From contig OZ024755.1 in the NCBI GenBank assembly GCA_964016885.1, positions 35,898,001 to 35,962,000 of the forward strand: a DNA stretch of 64,000 nt. Reading direction: 5' to 3'. Both the position numbers and the translations under genes were made by a program. The notes under the pieces were generated by a model, which was given only the letters and a program-made list of their open reading frames with translations, was not told the DNA's origin and made no database searches. Positions within the stretch are counted from its first letter, which is position 1. Each line of letters starts with the position of its first letter. Source of the stretch: Eledone cirrhosa. Its lineage: Eukaryota. Positions 35,076-47,821 of the stretch are shown here, piece by piece.

Positions 35076-36946
35076 CCCTTTATCAATTTCACACAGATTA
35101 AATAAGGATAAAATAGATGTAGCCTTGAACATTTATAATTACTATGAAGATTCCCATTTCTATGAGCATAAATTTATTTTCCTCCATTCAGCCACATAAC
35201 ATGAGACCCATCGCTACAGATCTTTATCTTGTATTACCTCAGTCATAAAAACCAGATCTGAACCATGAGAATGTCACCACAAACCAACAACTGGAATTTT
35301 AATATAGAAACTGTAAAGTGGTCATGTAGGTGGCACGACAAAAAGCACCTAGCACATACTGTAAAGTGGTCATGTAGGAGTTACGACAAAAAGTATCAAG
35401 TCCACATTGTAGAGCGGTCATGTTAGTCTCATGACAAAAAGCACCCAGCCCACACTGTAACGTGATCGTGTAGGTGTCATAACAAAAAGCACCCAGCTCA
35501 CACTGTAAATGTGGTTGGCGTTAGGAAGGGCATCCATCTGTAGATACCAAGCCAAAATTAGTTCTGTGTGAGCGAAACACAGTCCTCTGATCTGATCTCT
35601 CACAAACAGTCAGCCCATCCTACAGATGGAGGGGCATCTTCCTACCAAAAAAATGTTTTTGCTCCTTCAGGGCCCAAGTAAGGGGCCTCATAACATAATT
35701 AGCACAGGACCTCATTGGTCCTAAATCCGGCACTGCCCTTTATCAATTTTACACAGATTAAATAAGGATAAAATAGATGTAGCCCTGAACATTTATAATT
35801 ACTATGAAGATTCCCATTTCTATGAGCATAAATTTATTGGAAAATGGACGTTAAATGATGATGAAACTCATACAAAATTGCTTAAATCTTTTTGGCTATA
35901 ATTGAAAACCAAAAAGAACAGATATGTATTTTCATCAATATTTTTTAAACTGAATCCAACTTGCAGTTTTCTTGCGTACATTAACTAATTCACTCATGAA
36001 GGAGCAGTTTTCTTGCCTATATTAACTAACTCATTTTAAAGGATATCTCAACACAACGAATGTCTTTCCTACTTCTGACTACCTACATTAACTATAACAT
36101 GAGTTCACTATCCTTCTCTATCATGTAAAAATATGTTTAAAAGGGAATGAAATCTGAAGTCAGTACATCTTTTGTAGTCTTCGATGTAAGACAGAATATC
36201 AACTCATAAATAATCATGTACTAATAAAATCAATTATATTTTATCTGAAATACTGTTTCTTTGTAACTAAAGGAGAACAATTATATCTAAGACAAGCAAC
36301 AACATCAAGGAGACCGAAGAGTATTATGTCTCAATTTCTTTATGTATAGTTACATTACTTAGAATAATCTCAGAGTATTTTATGCACAAATATGTAAAAT
36401 ACTGTAATTTAAACCCTATAAACGAGATATTAGAAAGTCGTTTATCTAACAAAATTTGTTAAATAAAAATTATGTATCTAACAAAATTTGTTAAATAAAA
36501 ATTATGTAGATATACGGGGTGTCCCAAAAAATGTATACAAACATCAACATTCTAATAAATATTGCCTGTTCAGGTAATCAAAGTGTGTATACATTTTTGG
36601 GGACATTCTGTGTATAAGAATTATTCTCAATGTTTTAATCTTTCCCATCAAAATTCAATAAAAATACAATACTGTAAATAAAAATCATTAGTTTTACCTT
36701 TCATTCTTCTGGAGTTGATAAAATAAAGTACCAGTAAAATATTGGAGGTGTCAATATAATCTAATTTTCCCTTTCCACAAATTGCTGGCTTTGTGTCAAT
36801 GTTAGAAAAAATTATTAAATGAAATGCACTTCATGGTGGAAATTTAACTGTTTAGCATTTACATTACTCTATATTACTATTGTATTTTCATAGTAAAGGC
36901 TTTACCTCACATAATTATCTCGCATAATATAAAATCTATGAGATTT

Positions 36947-37211
36947 TCATCATCATCATCATTCAACGTCCGCTTTTCCCTGCTTGCAAGGGTGGGATGG
37001 GTCCTATTCAGCACAGCATCTCTCCATTCATCAAGGTCCTTCGTCATCTCCTCCGTGAGCTTCAGCAATCTGAGGTCTGCTCTCACCACCTCCGCCCATG
37101 TTTTTCGTAGTCTTCCTCTACTGCGCCTTCCTTCTACTGGGATTTCTTGGCTCTTCTTTACCCAGCAGTCATCTTCCATGTGTATCACATGTCCATACCA
37201 ACGCAGTCTTC
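36947..37211 (-). mobile_element. RTE-B LINE 3' fragment
   Basis: RLRWYGHVIHMEDDCWVKKSQEIPVEGRRSRGRLRKTWAEVVRADL...DEWRDAVLNRTHPTLASREK followed by (GAT)n. Confidence 0.92.
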
Positions 37212-37916
37212 TGTTATTTTGAGTCTTCTATTTATTTTGACAGGGAGATTTGCAATAGCCTTTGAGGTAGGTGAAGGATGTCTTCTCTTGTGAAAATGGG
37301 TATAGCTTTCACTATGTAAAATCTCCCCACTTTGGCTTTTAGAGGTTGGTAGGTCTAGATAATGACATCCCAATCCTACTTTTAGGTATAGTATTAACCC
37401 TTTAGCATTTGCATTACTTTAATTTTACTATTGTATTTTTGCATAATTATCTCACATAATATAAAAATCTATGAGATTTTGATATTATTTATTTTGAGAA
37501 CAATACCTTAACATCAGTATGAGCAGCCAGTTACAACCATTTTTAACAGAAAGCGGTGAGAGAATTCTCGCCAGATACAGCTGGTTTAAATGTTAAAGGG
37601 TTAAATATAAAACTTTGAAAAAATCAAGTGTGTTTTTATATGCCCATAAACCAATCTTACTAAACAGCACTCTGTTATATAATTTTGTATAAAATGTTTT
37701 CTCATGAAACTACTCATTGTGTGATAAACTACTAAAGATTACCGAAGTAACAAATAAAACATACTGGATTGAAGTAAACAGTGAAAAAAAACACCTCATA
37801 ATTGTTTTGGACATAAAACAACTTCCAACAATTACGTATTTCTGCAACATTTAACAAAAGGAAACATTGTTTACAGAATTGAAAAGTAGCGACAATGTAA
37901 AGGAAAGGAGGCTACA

Positions 37917-38109
37917 CAGATGTGTCAATTCTCCCCGCCTGATGGGGGGATCACCCACCTACTTAGGGGTGGGTGAGAGATGTCTCCTCTTGTGAAAATG
38001 GGTATAGCTTTCATCATGTAAAATCTCTTCATTTTCCCTCATTTCTCCGTTTTGGGGCACTTTTTTTCATGGTACTCCCCGTTTGGGTTTTTAGAGGTTG
38101 GCAGGTCTG
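37917..38109. mobile_element. Degenerate hAT-like MITE; three related copies (about 37242-37357, 37917-38109, 38797-38972)
   Basis: Shared block tcttgtgaaaatgggtatagctttca..atgtaaaatctc and terminus gttggcaggtctg. Confidence 0.55.
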
Positions 38110-40521
38110 CCACAATATTACAGAATGAAAAATGAACAATAGGAGAAGTGATTACAATTTTTCTCCCTTCACCTTAGAGTTTTTCTCCCTTCACCTTAGA
38201 GTTTTCCTCACTTCTTTTCAATGAATCTCAACAAGGAGGACACCATTTCTGCAGTATTGTACAGTTCAGGATTGTGTTGCCAGTATAGTGCCATGAAGAA
38301 TTGTCTTGTGAGATTTTAACACTTAAAAAGACGAGATGTCCACTCATCATCATCATCATTTTACGTCGATTCTTCCACGCTAGTATAGGTTAGACAAGTT
38401 GTCCTGTTGTGGGCAATGCCAGGTCGGGTGACCTTGTCTTGCTCATACGGCAACTGATTTTGGCTTGATTTCTACAGCTGGATGCCCTTCCTAATAGCAA
38501 CCTCATTTACAGTGAGTACTGGGTGCTTTTTTACTGTGGTGCCTACATGATCACTCTGCAGTGTGAACTGGGTGCTTTTTTGTCGTGACACCTCCACGAC
38601 CACTTTGCAGTAGGAGGGGGTGGGGGAACTGTTAGTGGTAAATAAATAAAACTCTTAACTTTTCACTCTTTATCCACAAAAGTTGTCATAGGGAATGGTT
38701 ATTGGTCATTTGGTATATATCACCATTTCATTTCTTTTATGCATTTATTCTTACATGGGAAATTACGGTTTAACAATTTAATGGAAAGGAGGCGACACAC
38801 ACCTTTCAACTCTCCCCGTCAGATGGGGGAGATCTCCCAGCCACTTTGGGGTGGGTGAGAGATGTCTTCTCTTGTGAAAATGGGTACAGCTTTCATTATG
38901 TAAAATCTCCCCCATTTTGCCTCATTTCTCCCCGTTTTGGGACATTTCTTTTTCATAATACTCCCCGTTTGAGTGGAGTAGGCACCTCTTAACTCAATAT
39001 AAACTCCACACCCTACCCCATCCTCCCATTCCTGTCTACTCTATCAGTGACACAACAAAAAGCACCTAGGCCACACTGTAAAGTGGTCGTGTAGGAGACA
39101 CGGTAAAAAGGCTCCCAGTCCACACTGTAAATGTGGTTGGTGTTAGGAAAGACATCCAGCCGTAGAAAACCTGCCAGAGACACTTCCGTACGAGCGAGAC
39201 ACGGTCGCCCGACTAATCCCACATCAAATGGGACAAACCCGTCTAACCCATGCTAGTGTAGAAGATGGACGTTAAACGATGATGAATTTGTTATAATTTA
39301 TTATAGAAGAAAATAAGGATCTCTACATTGGGCACAACGCCAACAATTTTGGGAGAGGGGAAGGTCAATTAAATTGACCTCAGTACATTACTGGTACTTT
39401 ATTTTATCGACCTCGTAAGGATGAAAGGCAAAGTTAACCTCAGCGGGATTTGAACTCATAACAAAAAGGGCCATAACTCTCTGCCGTGAAGCAGAGAGTC
39501 TGAAGCTCTACCGGTTCTGCTATTCTACCGCTCTACAAAGAAGAAAATATTATAGAAGAAAATAACAATTGTTTCTACTTTTGACACAAGGCCAGCAATT
39601 ACCCCAGTGCATTACCGGTACTTTATTTTATCGACCCCGTAAGGATGAAAGGCAAAGTTAACCTCAGTGGGATTTGAACTCAGACCGTATCTCTATGCTG
39701 TAAAGCATGGCGTCCAACCCTCTACCACCAATCCATCGCCCTGATAGAAGAAAAAAAATAATACTTCTGTGCAGACACAAATTTCATGGCTACTCAAAAC
39801 CCCCAAGGAAAAATTAATCGAAACTAAAAGAAGCCTTTCATCATTTCTATCAAGACATGGCTCCATCATACCCTTGGTTGTCTTGGCTAAAGAAGACATC
39901 ACTTTTTTTTTAGGGGGAGGGGCAGTTTCTTTTTAATGACTGGTTCATACAACATATACATTTATTATTTGTGGCTCACTCTGCTCTGATAATTAATTTC
40001 ATGACAAATTTCCTTTCAACAAATTCTCTAAAGTCTACACTCAACTCCCTTTATACCACCGATTCTTCCTCCAAGAATCAAAAGGCAACACCTCTACTCT
40101 AACCCAACACATATACACTTTTTCAACTGATCCTTATTTAATCAGGACTGTCACTATAAAGTGCAATCCCTATTTATGTGATCCTACACACTTTCACACA
40201 AGGTTAACAGCATCATTAGACATTTTGATTTCTCTATTAAATTATCGATATTTGACATGATACAGTTTCACGAAATACTTCTTTCTGAAGGAAATTAGCA
40301 TTTAATTTTCGTATTTAGTCAGTGTTTTCATTTTGCCTGGTTTTCTGCAGCTTCTTCCTGCCATTGTTATGATTTCCATCTCCCCAAATGATATTTATAA
40401 GAAAAATGGAAAATTTTAAAACAAATTTTAGACACTGCAGTAGAACTTTTAACAAGAAGACAACCCATGAGTTTTTCAAAGTTCTCTAAGGAATTGAACA
40501 CAGCAAAATTAAAGAAACAAA

Positions 40522-40705
40522 TACCCAACTATCCCCTCCCGCCACCCACCTTCCCAACTATCCCCTCCCCCACCTTCCCAACTATCCTCTCCCCCATCCA
40601 CCTTCCCAACTACCCCCTACCCCACCCACCTTCCCAACTATCCCCTCCCCCGCCCACCTTCCCAACTATCCCCTCCCCCGCCCAACTATCCTCTTCTCCA
40701 TCCAC
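40522..40705. repeat. C-rich minisatellite ccaccttcccaactatcccctcc
   Basis: Directly visible; the minus strand has repeated G3-G5 runs. Confidence 0.9.
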
Positions 40706-42002
40706 CGCAACCAGAAAAAAACAAAAACAAAAAAGAAAGAAATCATAAAAGAACCGTAACAAAAGCCGAGATAATAAAAAGTTGCTAAACTTTGAAGCTG
40801 GTAAGATTTCAAGCACAGGTGACTCACAATAACAAAAATGAGAATCTTGGCAAATTTGACTTCTTTTCTCGAATTTTAAAAGAAATTCTTCAATAATTTA
40901 ATTCCATTTTTCTTGTCATTGATTTCTTCTTCTACTACTTTGAAAAATGTAATTAACATTCATTTTTTCCCCTTTATTTTTAACCGTAAAGTAAATCTCT
41001 TAGTGACAAGACAATGATAAACAAATAAAAATTAAATAAATGAATTAAAAATAAAAAAAAATAGAATTTTGAGAAAGAAATATAATTTTTTTTTGTTAAA
41101 TAAAATAGAAATTAAAGTTACAAATTCTTTAGAATTAAGAATGCAATAAGTGCTTTGAATGACTATGTAAATTTAGATGGAGATTAGTTCATAGATATTG
41201 ACACCAAGTCATAAATTTAAAAGGAGAGAGTGTAATTGATTAAATCAAACTTATATATGACTGGTACAATTTTATTGATCCTGAAGCTATAAATGGTAAA
41301 GTCAAACCTAATGGCATTTAGACTAATAATGCTGAGGAATGAAACTAAATACTCTTAAGTAGTTAGGCCAACACTTTGTCATTCCATTGCCTTGCTTTTA
41401 ACATCAACTCCTTAATCGTAATTTAACCCTTTAGAATTTACATTACTCTATATTTACTATTGTATTTTCATGGTAAAGGCTTTACTTCACATAATTATCT
41501 TACATAATATTAAATCTATGAGATTTTGATATTATCTATTTTGAGAACAATACCTTATCATCAGTATGAACGGCTAATTACAGCCAGTTTGAAGAGAAAG
41601 AAGTGAGAATTCTGGCTGGATATGGTCAATTTAAATACTAAAGGGTTAAAACTATTCATCTATTTCTATAAACACCTAAGAAGACTACTTCTGTTAACAA
41701 TTTTGCCAATCCAATGGAGAGAGACTATATTTATTGACCAACTGCCGAAAGGATAAAAGACAAAGTTGACCTAGGTGGGATTTGAACTTAGAATATTAAG
41801 GGCTGGAATTTAAACTAACCCCTTAACAACTCTGTCAATTCGTTGCTAGAATAACATGAAGGAAATATAACCCTATAAGTTAAGAGTGAAAAGAGAAAGG
41901 AGCAGCAACAACCAAATAAACACTCCAGAAACAAATGCCCTATCAAAGATAATTAAAGACAGAACAAGAATAGGTCAAACACATCAAAGTTTATTTAATG
42001 AA

Positions 42003-42290
42003 GCCAGTGGTGGACATGTGGTTAGGATGTCTCAGGAAAGAATTGTTGGACAGATTTAACTGGCGAAACCAACCGACAGGAGACTCAAGGGTAGACCCTC
42101 AGCAAGATGGTAGGATAACATTCATGAGCTTGACAGGTCTCACTTGGAGATCCAGCTGGATCAGTTGGAAACACTTGCTTCTGACAGAACCCCCTGGATG
42201 AAGTGTTTGAGGACTCTGCACACATGACAGTAACAACAAAGGAGGGGGACGGGGGACACAATACTAACAGGAAAAATAAATACAATAACA
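42003..42290 (+). mobile_element. Old RTE-like LINE 3' fragment
   Basis: GHVVRMSQERIV...RRLKGRPSARW*DNI...LASDR, degenerate. Confidence 0.7.
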
Positions 42291-42294
42291 AACG

Positions 42295-42755
42295 AAAGGC
42301 TGGTTATATGATGCCTGCACGATGCTGCATGGTAGTGAAACATGGGCAGCAACTGCAGAGGATATGCAATGGCTGAGAGAAATGAAGCATACATGCTCTA
42401 TTGGATGTGCAATGTCAATGTGCATGAACGACCAGGCATAGACAAGTTGAGAGAGAAACTGTGTATAAGAGGGATAAGTTGTGGTGTGCAGGAGAGAAGA
42501 CTGAGATGGTATGGACATGTGATGCACATGGCGGATGACCGCTGCGTAAAGAAGTGCCAAGAAATCCCAGTATAGGGAAGACCACAAAAAAAATGGGCGG
42601 AGGTGGTGAGAGCTGACCTCAGATTGCTGAAGCTCATAGAAGAGATGACGAAGGACCGTGACGAATGGAGAGATGCTGTGCTGAATAGAACCCGTCCCAC
42701 CCTTGCAAGCAAGGAAAAGCAGACGTATGATGATGATGATGATGATAATGATGAT
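42295..42755 (+). mobile_element. RTE-B LINE 3' fragment
   Basis: MLHGSETW...RNEAYMLYWMCNV...QERRLRWYGHVMHMADD...DRDEWRDAVLNRTRPTLAS followed by (GAT)n. Confidence 0.92.
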
Positions 42756-43353
42756 TAGGCACAATATCAGTAATTTTTGAAAACTTTTTTTATGGGGATG
42801 GGGTTTAAAATCAACCCTGGTACTAGACTGCTACTTTATTTTATTGAGCACAGAGGGTAAAAGATTAAGTTGACCTCAGCAAGATTTGAACGCAGAATAT
42901 AAAGAGGCGGAACAAATGCTGCAAAGCATTTTGTCGAATGCTCTAACAACTCTGCCAACCAACCAGCCTTAACAGCAACAACAATAACAAAAATGTCTAC
43001 AACAACAATAGGGAGGACATTGAAAATATTTCCAAGGCAAATCACCATATTGCATTTGGCAGATGAGCTAATGACAAATAAATAATGCCAATGTGTTTTC
43101 AATTTCAATTTTCAAATTGCCTGCATTTTGACCTCAGCAATCAATTATAAATTAATTTGAATAAAATACTAAGCACATGGTTCATGACTCATGAAATATC
43201 TTGCTGCATGTGTGATAATACTTGCATAAGGCACTCTCTTCTAGTTGCCAGTGAAGCTGGCATCAAATATATGGCTACACTATTTTGCCAACAAATTAGT
43301 TAGCAAAGATAAGAGAGAAAATGTTCAGCTTCAGAAAATCTGCAATGAAAGTG

Positions 43354-44328
43354 CATCTGTTATAGTCAGACATATTGCATCATCTGTTATAGTCAGACAT
43401 ATTGCAACATCTGTTATAGTCAGACATATTGCAACATCTGTTATAGTCAGACATATTGCAACATCTGTTATAGTCAGACATATTGCAACATCTGTTATAG
43501 TCAGACATATTGCAACATCTGTTATAGTCAGACATATTGCAACATCTGTTATAGTCAGACATATTGCAACAGCTGTGATAGTCAGACATATTGCAACATC
43601 TGTTATAGTCAGACATATTGCAACATCTGTTATAGTCAGACATATTGCAACATCTGTTATAGTCAGACATATTGCAACATCTGTTATAGTCAGACATATT
43701 GCAACATCTGTTATAGTCAGACATATTGCAACATCTGTTATAGTCAGACATATTGCAACATCTGTTATAGTCAGACATATTGCAACATCTGTTATAGTCA
43801 GACATATTGCAACATCTGTTATAGTCAGACATATTGCAACAGCTGTGATAGTCAGACATATTGCAACATCTGTTATAGTCAGACATATTGCAACATCTGT
43901 TATAGTCAGACATATTGCAACATCTGTTATAGTCAGACATATTGCAACATCTGTTATAGTCAGACATATTGCATCATCTGTTATAGTCAGACATATTGCA
44001 TCATCTGTTATAGTCAGACATATTGCATCATCTGTTATAGTCAGACATATTGCAACATCTGTTATAGTCAGGCATATTGCAACATCTGTTATAATCAGAC
44101 ATATTGCAACATCTGTTATAGTCAGACATATTGCAACATCTGTTATAGTCAGACATATTGCAACATCTGTTATAGTCAGACATATTGCATCATCTGTTAT
44201 AGTCAGACATATTGCAACATCTGTTATAGTCAGACATATTGCAACAGCTGTGATAGTCAGACATATTGCAACATCTGTTATAGTCAGACATATTGCAACA
44301 TCTGTTATAGTCGGACATATTGCAACAT
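43354..44328. repeat. 27-bp tandem array, about 36 copies
   Basis: Unit catctgttatagtcagacatattgcaa, highly homogeneous, no spacers. Confidence 0.97.
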
Positions 44329-44402
44329 TTTTAGGGAGATCACACATGACAGGAGGAGAGACAAAGATAGAAAAGATTGTTACAAGTATAGTCCAGAATT
44401 GG

Positions 44403-45408
44403 CATAGTACCCTGGCCATAACATTCCATAGTAACCTGGCCATAACATTCCATAGTAACCTGGCCATAACATTCCATAGTAACCTGGCCATAACATTCCA
44501 TAGTAACCTGGCCATAACATACCATAGTACCCTGGCCATAACATTCCATAGTAACCTGGCCATAACATACCATAGTACCCTGGCCATAACATAGCATAGT
44601 AACCTGGACATAAAATACCATAGTAACCTGGCCATAACATACCATAGTAACCTGGCCATAACATACTATAGTACCCTGGCCATAATATTCCATAGTACCC
44701 TGGCCATAACATTACATAGTAACCTGACCATAACATTCCATAGTAACCTGGCCATAACATACCATAGTAACCTAGCCATAACATAGCATAGTAACCTGGC
44801 CATAACATACCATAGTACCCTGGCCATAACATAGCATAGTAACCTGCCCATAACATACCATAGTACCCTGGCCATAATGTACCATAGTAACCTTGCCATA
44901 ATATACCATAGTAACCTAGCCATAACATACCATAGTAACCTGGCCATAACATAGCATAGTAACCTGGCCATAAAATACCATAGTACCCTGGCCATAAAAT
45001 ACCATAGTAACCTAGCCATAACATAGCATAGTACCCTGGCCATAACATACCATAGTAACCTGGACATAATATACCATAGTACCCTGGTCATAAAATACCA
45101 TAGTAACCTAGCCATAACATAGCATAGTACCCTGGCCATAACATAGCATAGTAACCTGGACATAATATACCATAGTAACCTAGCCATAACATAGCATAGT
45201 AACCTTGCCATAATATATCATAGTACCCTGGCCATAACATACCATAGTAACCTGGCCATAACATACCATAGTAACCTAGCCATAACATACCATAGTACCC
45301 TGGCCATAAAATACCATAGTAACCTAGCCATAAAATACCATAGTAACCTAGCCATAATATACCATAGTAACCTGGCCGTAACATACCATAGTACCCTGGT
45401 CATAACAT
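44403..45408. repeat. 24-bp tandem array, about 42 copies
   Basis: Unit catagtaacctggccataacatac, constant length with many point variants. Confidence 0.97.
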
Positions 45409-45419
45409 CTGTGCTGCTT

Positions 45420-45968
45420 CTACTAAGACCCCTTTTGTGGCACCTACACCGTAGTATCAACGCCCAGCACAAGTACACCGAACAGTGGTTGTGGTAATTT
45501 CGCGGTGATCCCTTTTGTCGCACCTTTGTTGCTGTGTAAATGCAATGCAACCAGTGCCGCCCAGTGTTTGTGCTAATCGCACTATGACCTCCTCCTGCTG
45601 CAGCTGTGTTGCCACGCTGATTTGGTCATCTCAATATCCCTACTTAAACATACATCCCTACTTGGTTTTCATACAACTGACTATGTCGCTCCTTCAGACT
45701 GACGTGTGTTCCCCATCCGTGAACAGACTTACTACATACATCGCCCCACAACACTTACTCCTTTCGCATACAGGATTTCCACAATCAGCCCACTGACACT
45801 GCTACTACTGGATTTGGCCTGCTGGTGTTCTATGTTTCCAGTAGATGAACAATCATTCCCTGAGAATAAGGGAATTCAAAAAGTACATAGCTACATTGCT
45901 CAATCTTTGCATATGCGTGTTGCTATTTCACGCTTCCTACCCCGTGCAACACCAGGTCCTGCTGCTAG
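45420..45968 (+). mobile_element. Helitron-like 3' portion
   Basis: Ends in cccgtgcaacaccaggtcctgctgCTAG|T. The start (ctaagaccccttttgtggcacctacaccg) matches the reverse complement of about 55975-56008. Confidence 0.55.
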
Positions 45969-46483
45969 TACATATATATATATGTATATGTATACACACA
46001 GGTGACCATGTCTTGCTCATACTGGTCTGATTCTGGCTTAGTTTCTGCAGCTAATATCAACCTCAATTTACAGTCAGTACTGGGTGCTTTTTTGTCGTGA
46101 CACCTTCACAATCACTTTACATTGTGGGCTGTATGTTATATACATATATACACACATGGTCTATATATACATATTTGTGTATATAAATATATTTTCTATT
46201 ATTTAACTTCAATTTATATTGTTAACCCTTTTGTTACCAAAATGCCTGATATCACTCCTACTTCTATGATATAAAAACGGTTTGTTTGATTTAAAATGTT
46301 TATATTTATCTTAAAATCTTTCATCGTAATTCTATGTAAGAACGTTTGTTTAATTATGTTCCAAAAACCAGATTAATAATAGTCATTGCTAAATCCCATC
46401 AAATTCTTTATTATTATATTCAAACTTATTTGAAAATCATTCGAAATATGGTAATAAAAAGGCTACAATTGTATCTAATATAG

Positions 46484-46853
46484 AATTGTTTCTACTTTTG
46501 GCACAAGGCCAGCAATTATCCCAGTGTGTTACTGGTACTTTATTTTATCGACCCTGTAAGGATGAAAGGCAAAGTTAACCTCGGCGGGATTTGAACTCAG
46601 ATCATAACGGGAGGTAACTCTATGCTTCAAAGCATGGCGTCCGACCCTCTATTATTATTATATTCAAAGGGCTGTGGATTGGCAGTATCGGTAGAGGGTC
46701 GGACGCCATGCTTTCCAGCATAGTTACGTCCCTTTACAATCTGAGTTCAAATCCCGCCGAGGTTGACTTTGCCTTTCATCCTTACGGGGTCGATAAAATA
46801 AAGTACCAGAAATGTACTGGGTAATTGCTGGCCTTGTGGCTAAAGTAGAAACA
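46484..46853. mobile_element. Head-to-head inverted pair of SINE A (46484-46650 minus, 46669-46853 plus) flanked by a ~73-bp direct repeat
   Basis: attattatattcaaa.ttatttgaaaatcatt.gaaatatggtaataaaaaggctacaattgtatctaatata occurs at about 46410-46482 and 46854-46926. Confidence 0.88.
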
Positions 46854-46934
46854 ATTATTATATTCAAAATTATTTGAAAATCATTAGAAATATGGTAATA
46901 AAAAGGCTACAATTGTATCTAATATATAATGATT

Positions 46935-47463
46935 GGAGAACTGTGTGACTGTGTCAGGGATACTTTTTTTTTAACATGTTAGTAAAATAAGTTGGATTAC
47001 TTTGAATAAATCATGGATAACTATTAAATAATATATGTACTAAATTTCGTAGCTGTTGATTAAACATAAATATTCTTATATATTGCTTATTTTAAGATTC
47101 ACTTCTTTTAAAATTTTCAAATGTCAATACTTCCAGTTATGATATAATGGACGCTATATCATATCGCTTATATAAACATTCATATATTTACATCGTTATT
47201 TCATAACGTTTATATTTCTGTCGCTAATTTTCTCCTTTTTCATTTTCATTACCTTTCACCGTAAAGCAGTTTATATATAATATCGTCTTTTTTAAATGTA
47301 TCATGGATTACTTTACTGATTACAGAAGAGAATGTAACACAGTCTCTCTTCAATTTCTGTGTATATTGTCAATTATGATTTTACTTGACGTATCATATCT
47401 ACATGTATATATTTGTTTATAATATCAATATACACACTACACAAATGGGTGGTTTTCTGCTAA
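46935..47463 (+). mobile_element. Helitron-like element H1
   Basis: Homologous to 23452-24433; ends in gggtggttttctgctaa. Confidence 0.62.
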
Positions 47464-47653
47464 TAAATATAACAAACAAAAAGATTGAGAACTATCAGAT
47501 AGAGAAGTAATTAAAATTAAAAAAAAAAATGGCAACTGAATAGAAATAACTAATGAAACTAGATATTCCTAAAAAGACATGATGGTCAATACTGGAATGT
47601 CTTTGACTACAAGACTGCCAGATCAGGATTGACCTGGAGCTAAACACTACCAG

Positions 47654-47821
47654 CAGTGACACATTAACCATTGTGCTTAGATGTGCTTAAGCAGAGGGCG
47701 ATGTTGACCAGGAAGGGGAACATCTTCCGGTCAAAAAGCTTTTTTATCTCCTTCAGGGCCCAAGTAAGGGTTCTCATAACTTAACTAGCACAGGGCTTCA
47801 TTTGTCCTAAATCTGGCACTG
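47654..47821. mobile_element. hAT-type MITE (same family as 34908-35075)
   Basis: Perfect 8-bp TSD actaccag (47646-47653 and 47822-47829); cagtg...cactg ends. Confidence 0.88.

Noticed and set aside
38212-38304. Minus-strand exon-like stretch QFFMALYWQHNPELYNTAEMVSSLLRFIEK
   Set aside because: The acceptor (aag) is weak, its phase 2-2 would put the 19492-19599 exon into a stop-containing frame, and it shows no similarity to Greatwall.
43354-44328. Possible CRISPR array (27-bp repeat)
   Set aside because: Units are head-to-tail with no unique spacers, there are no cas genes, and the context is eukaryotic. The same applies to the 24-, 30- and 42-bp arrays.
43245-45550. 449-aa and 442-aa ORFs and GYYG-rich ORFs resembling structural or reflectin-like proteins
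   Set aside because: They derive from 27- and 24-bp tandem units. There is no signal peptide, splice context or reflectin motif (MDMSNYxMDMxGRWMD).
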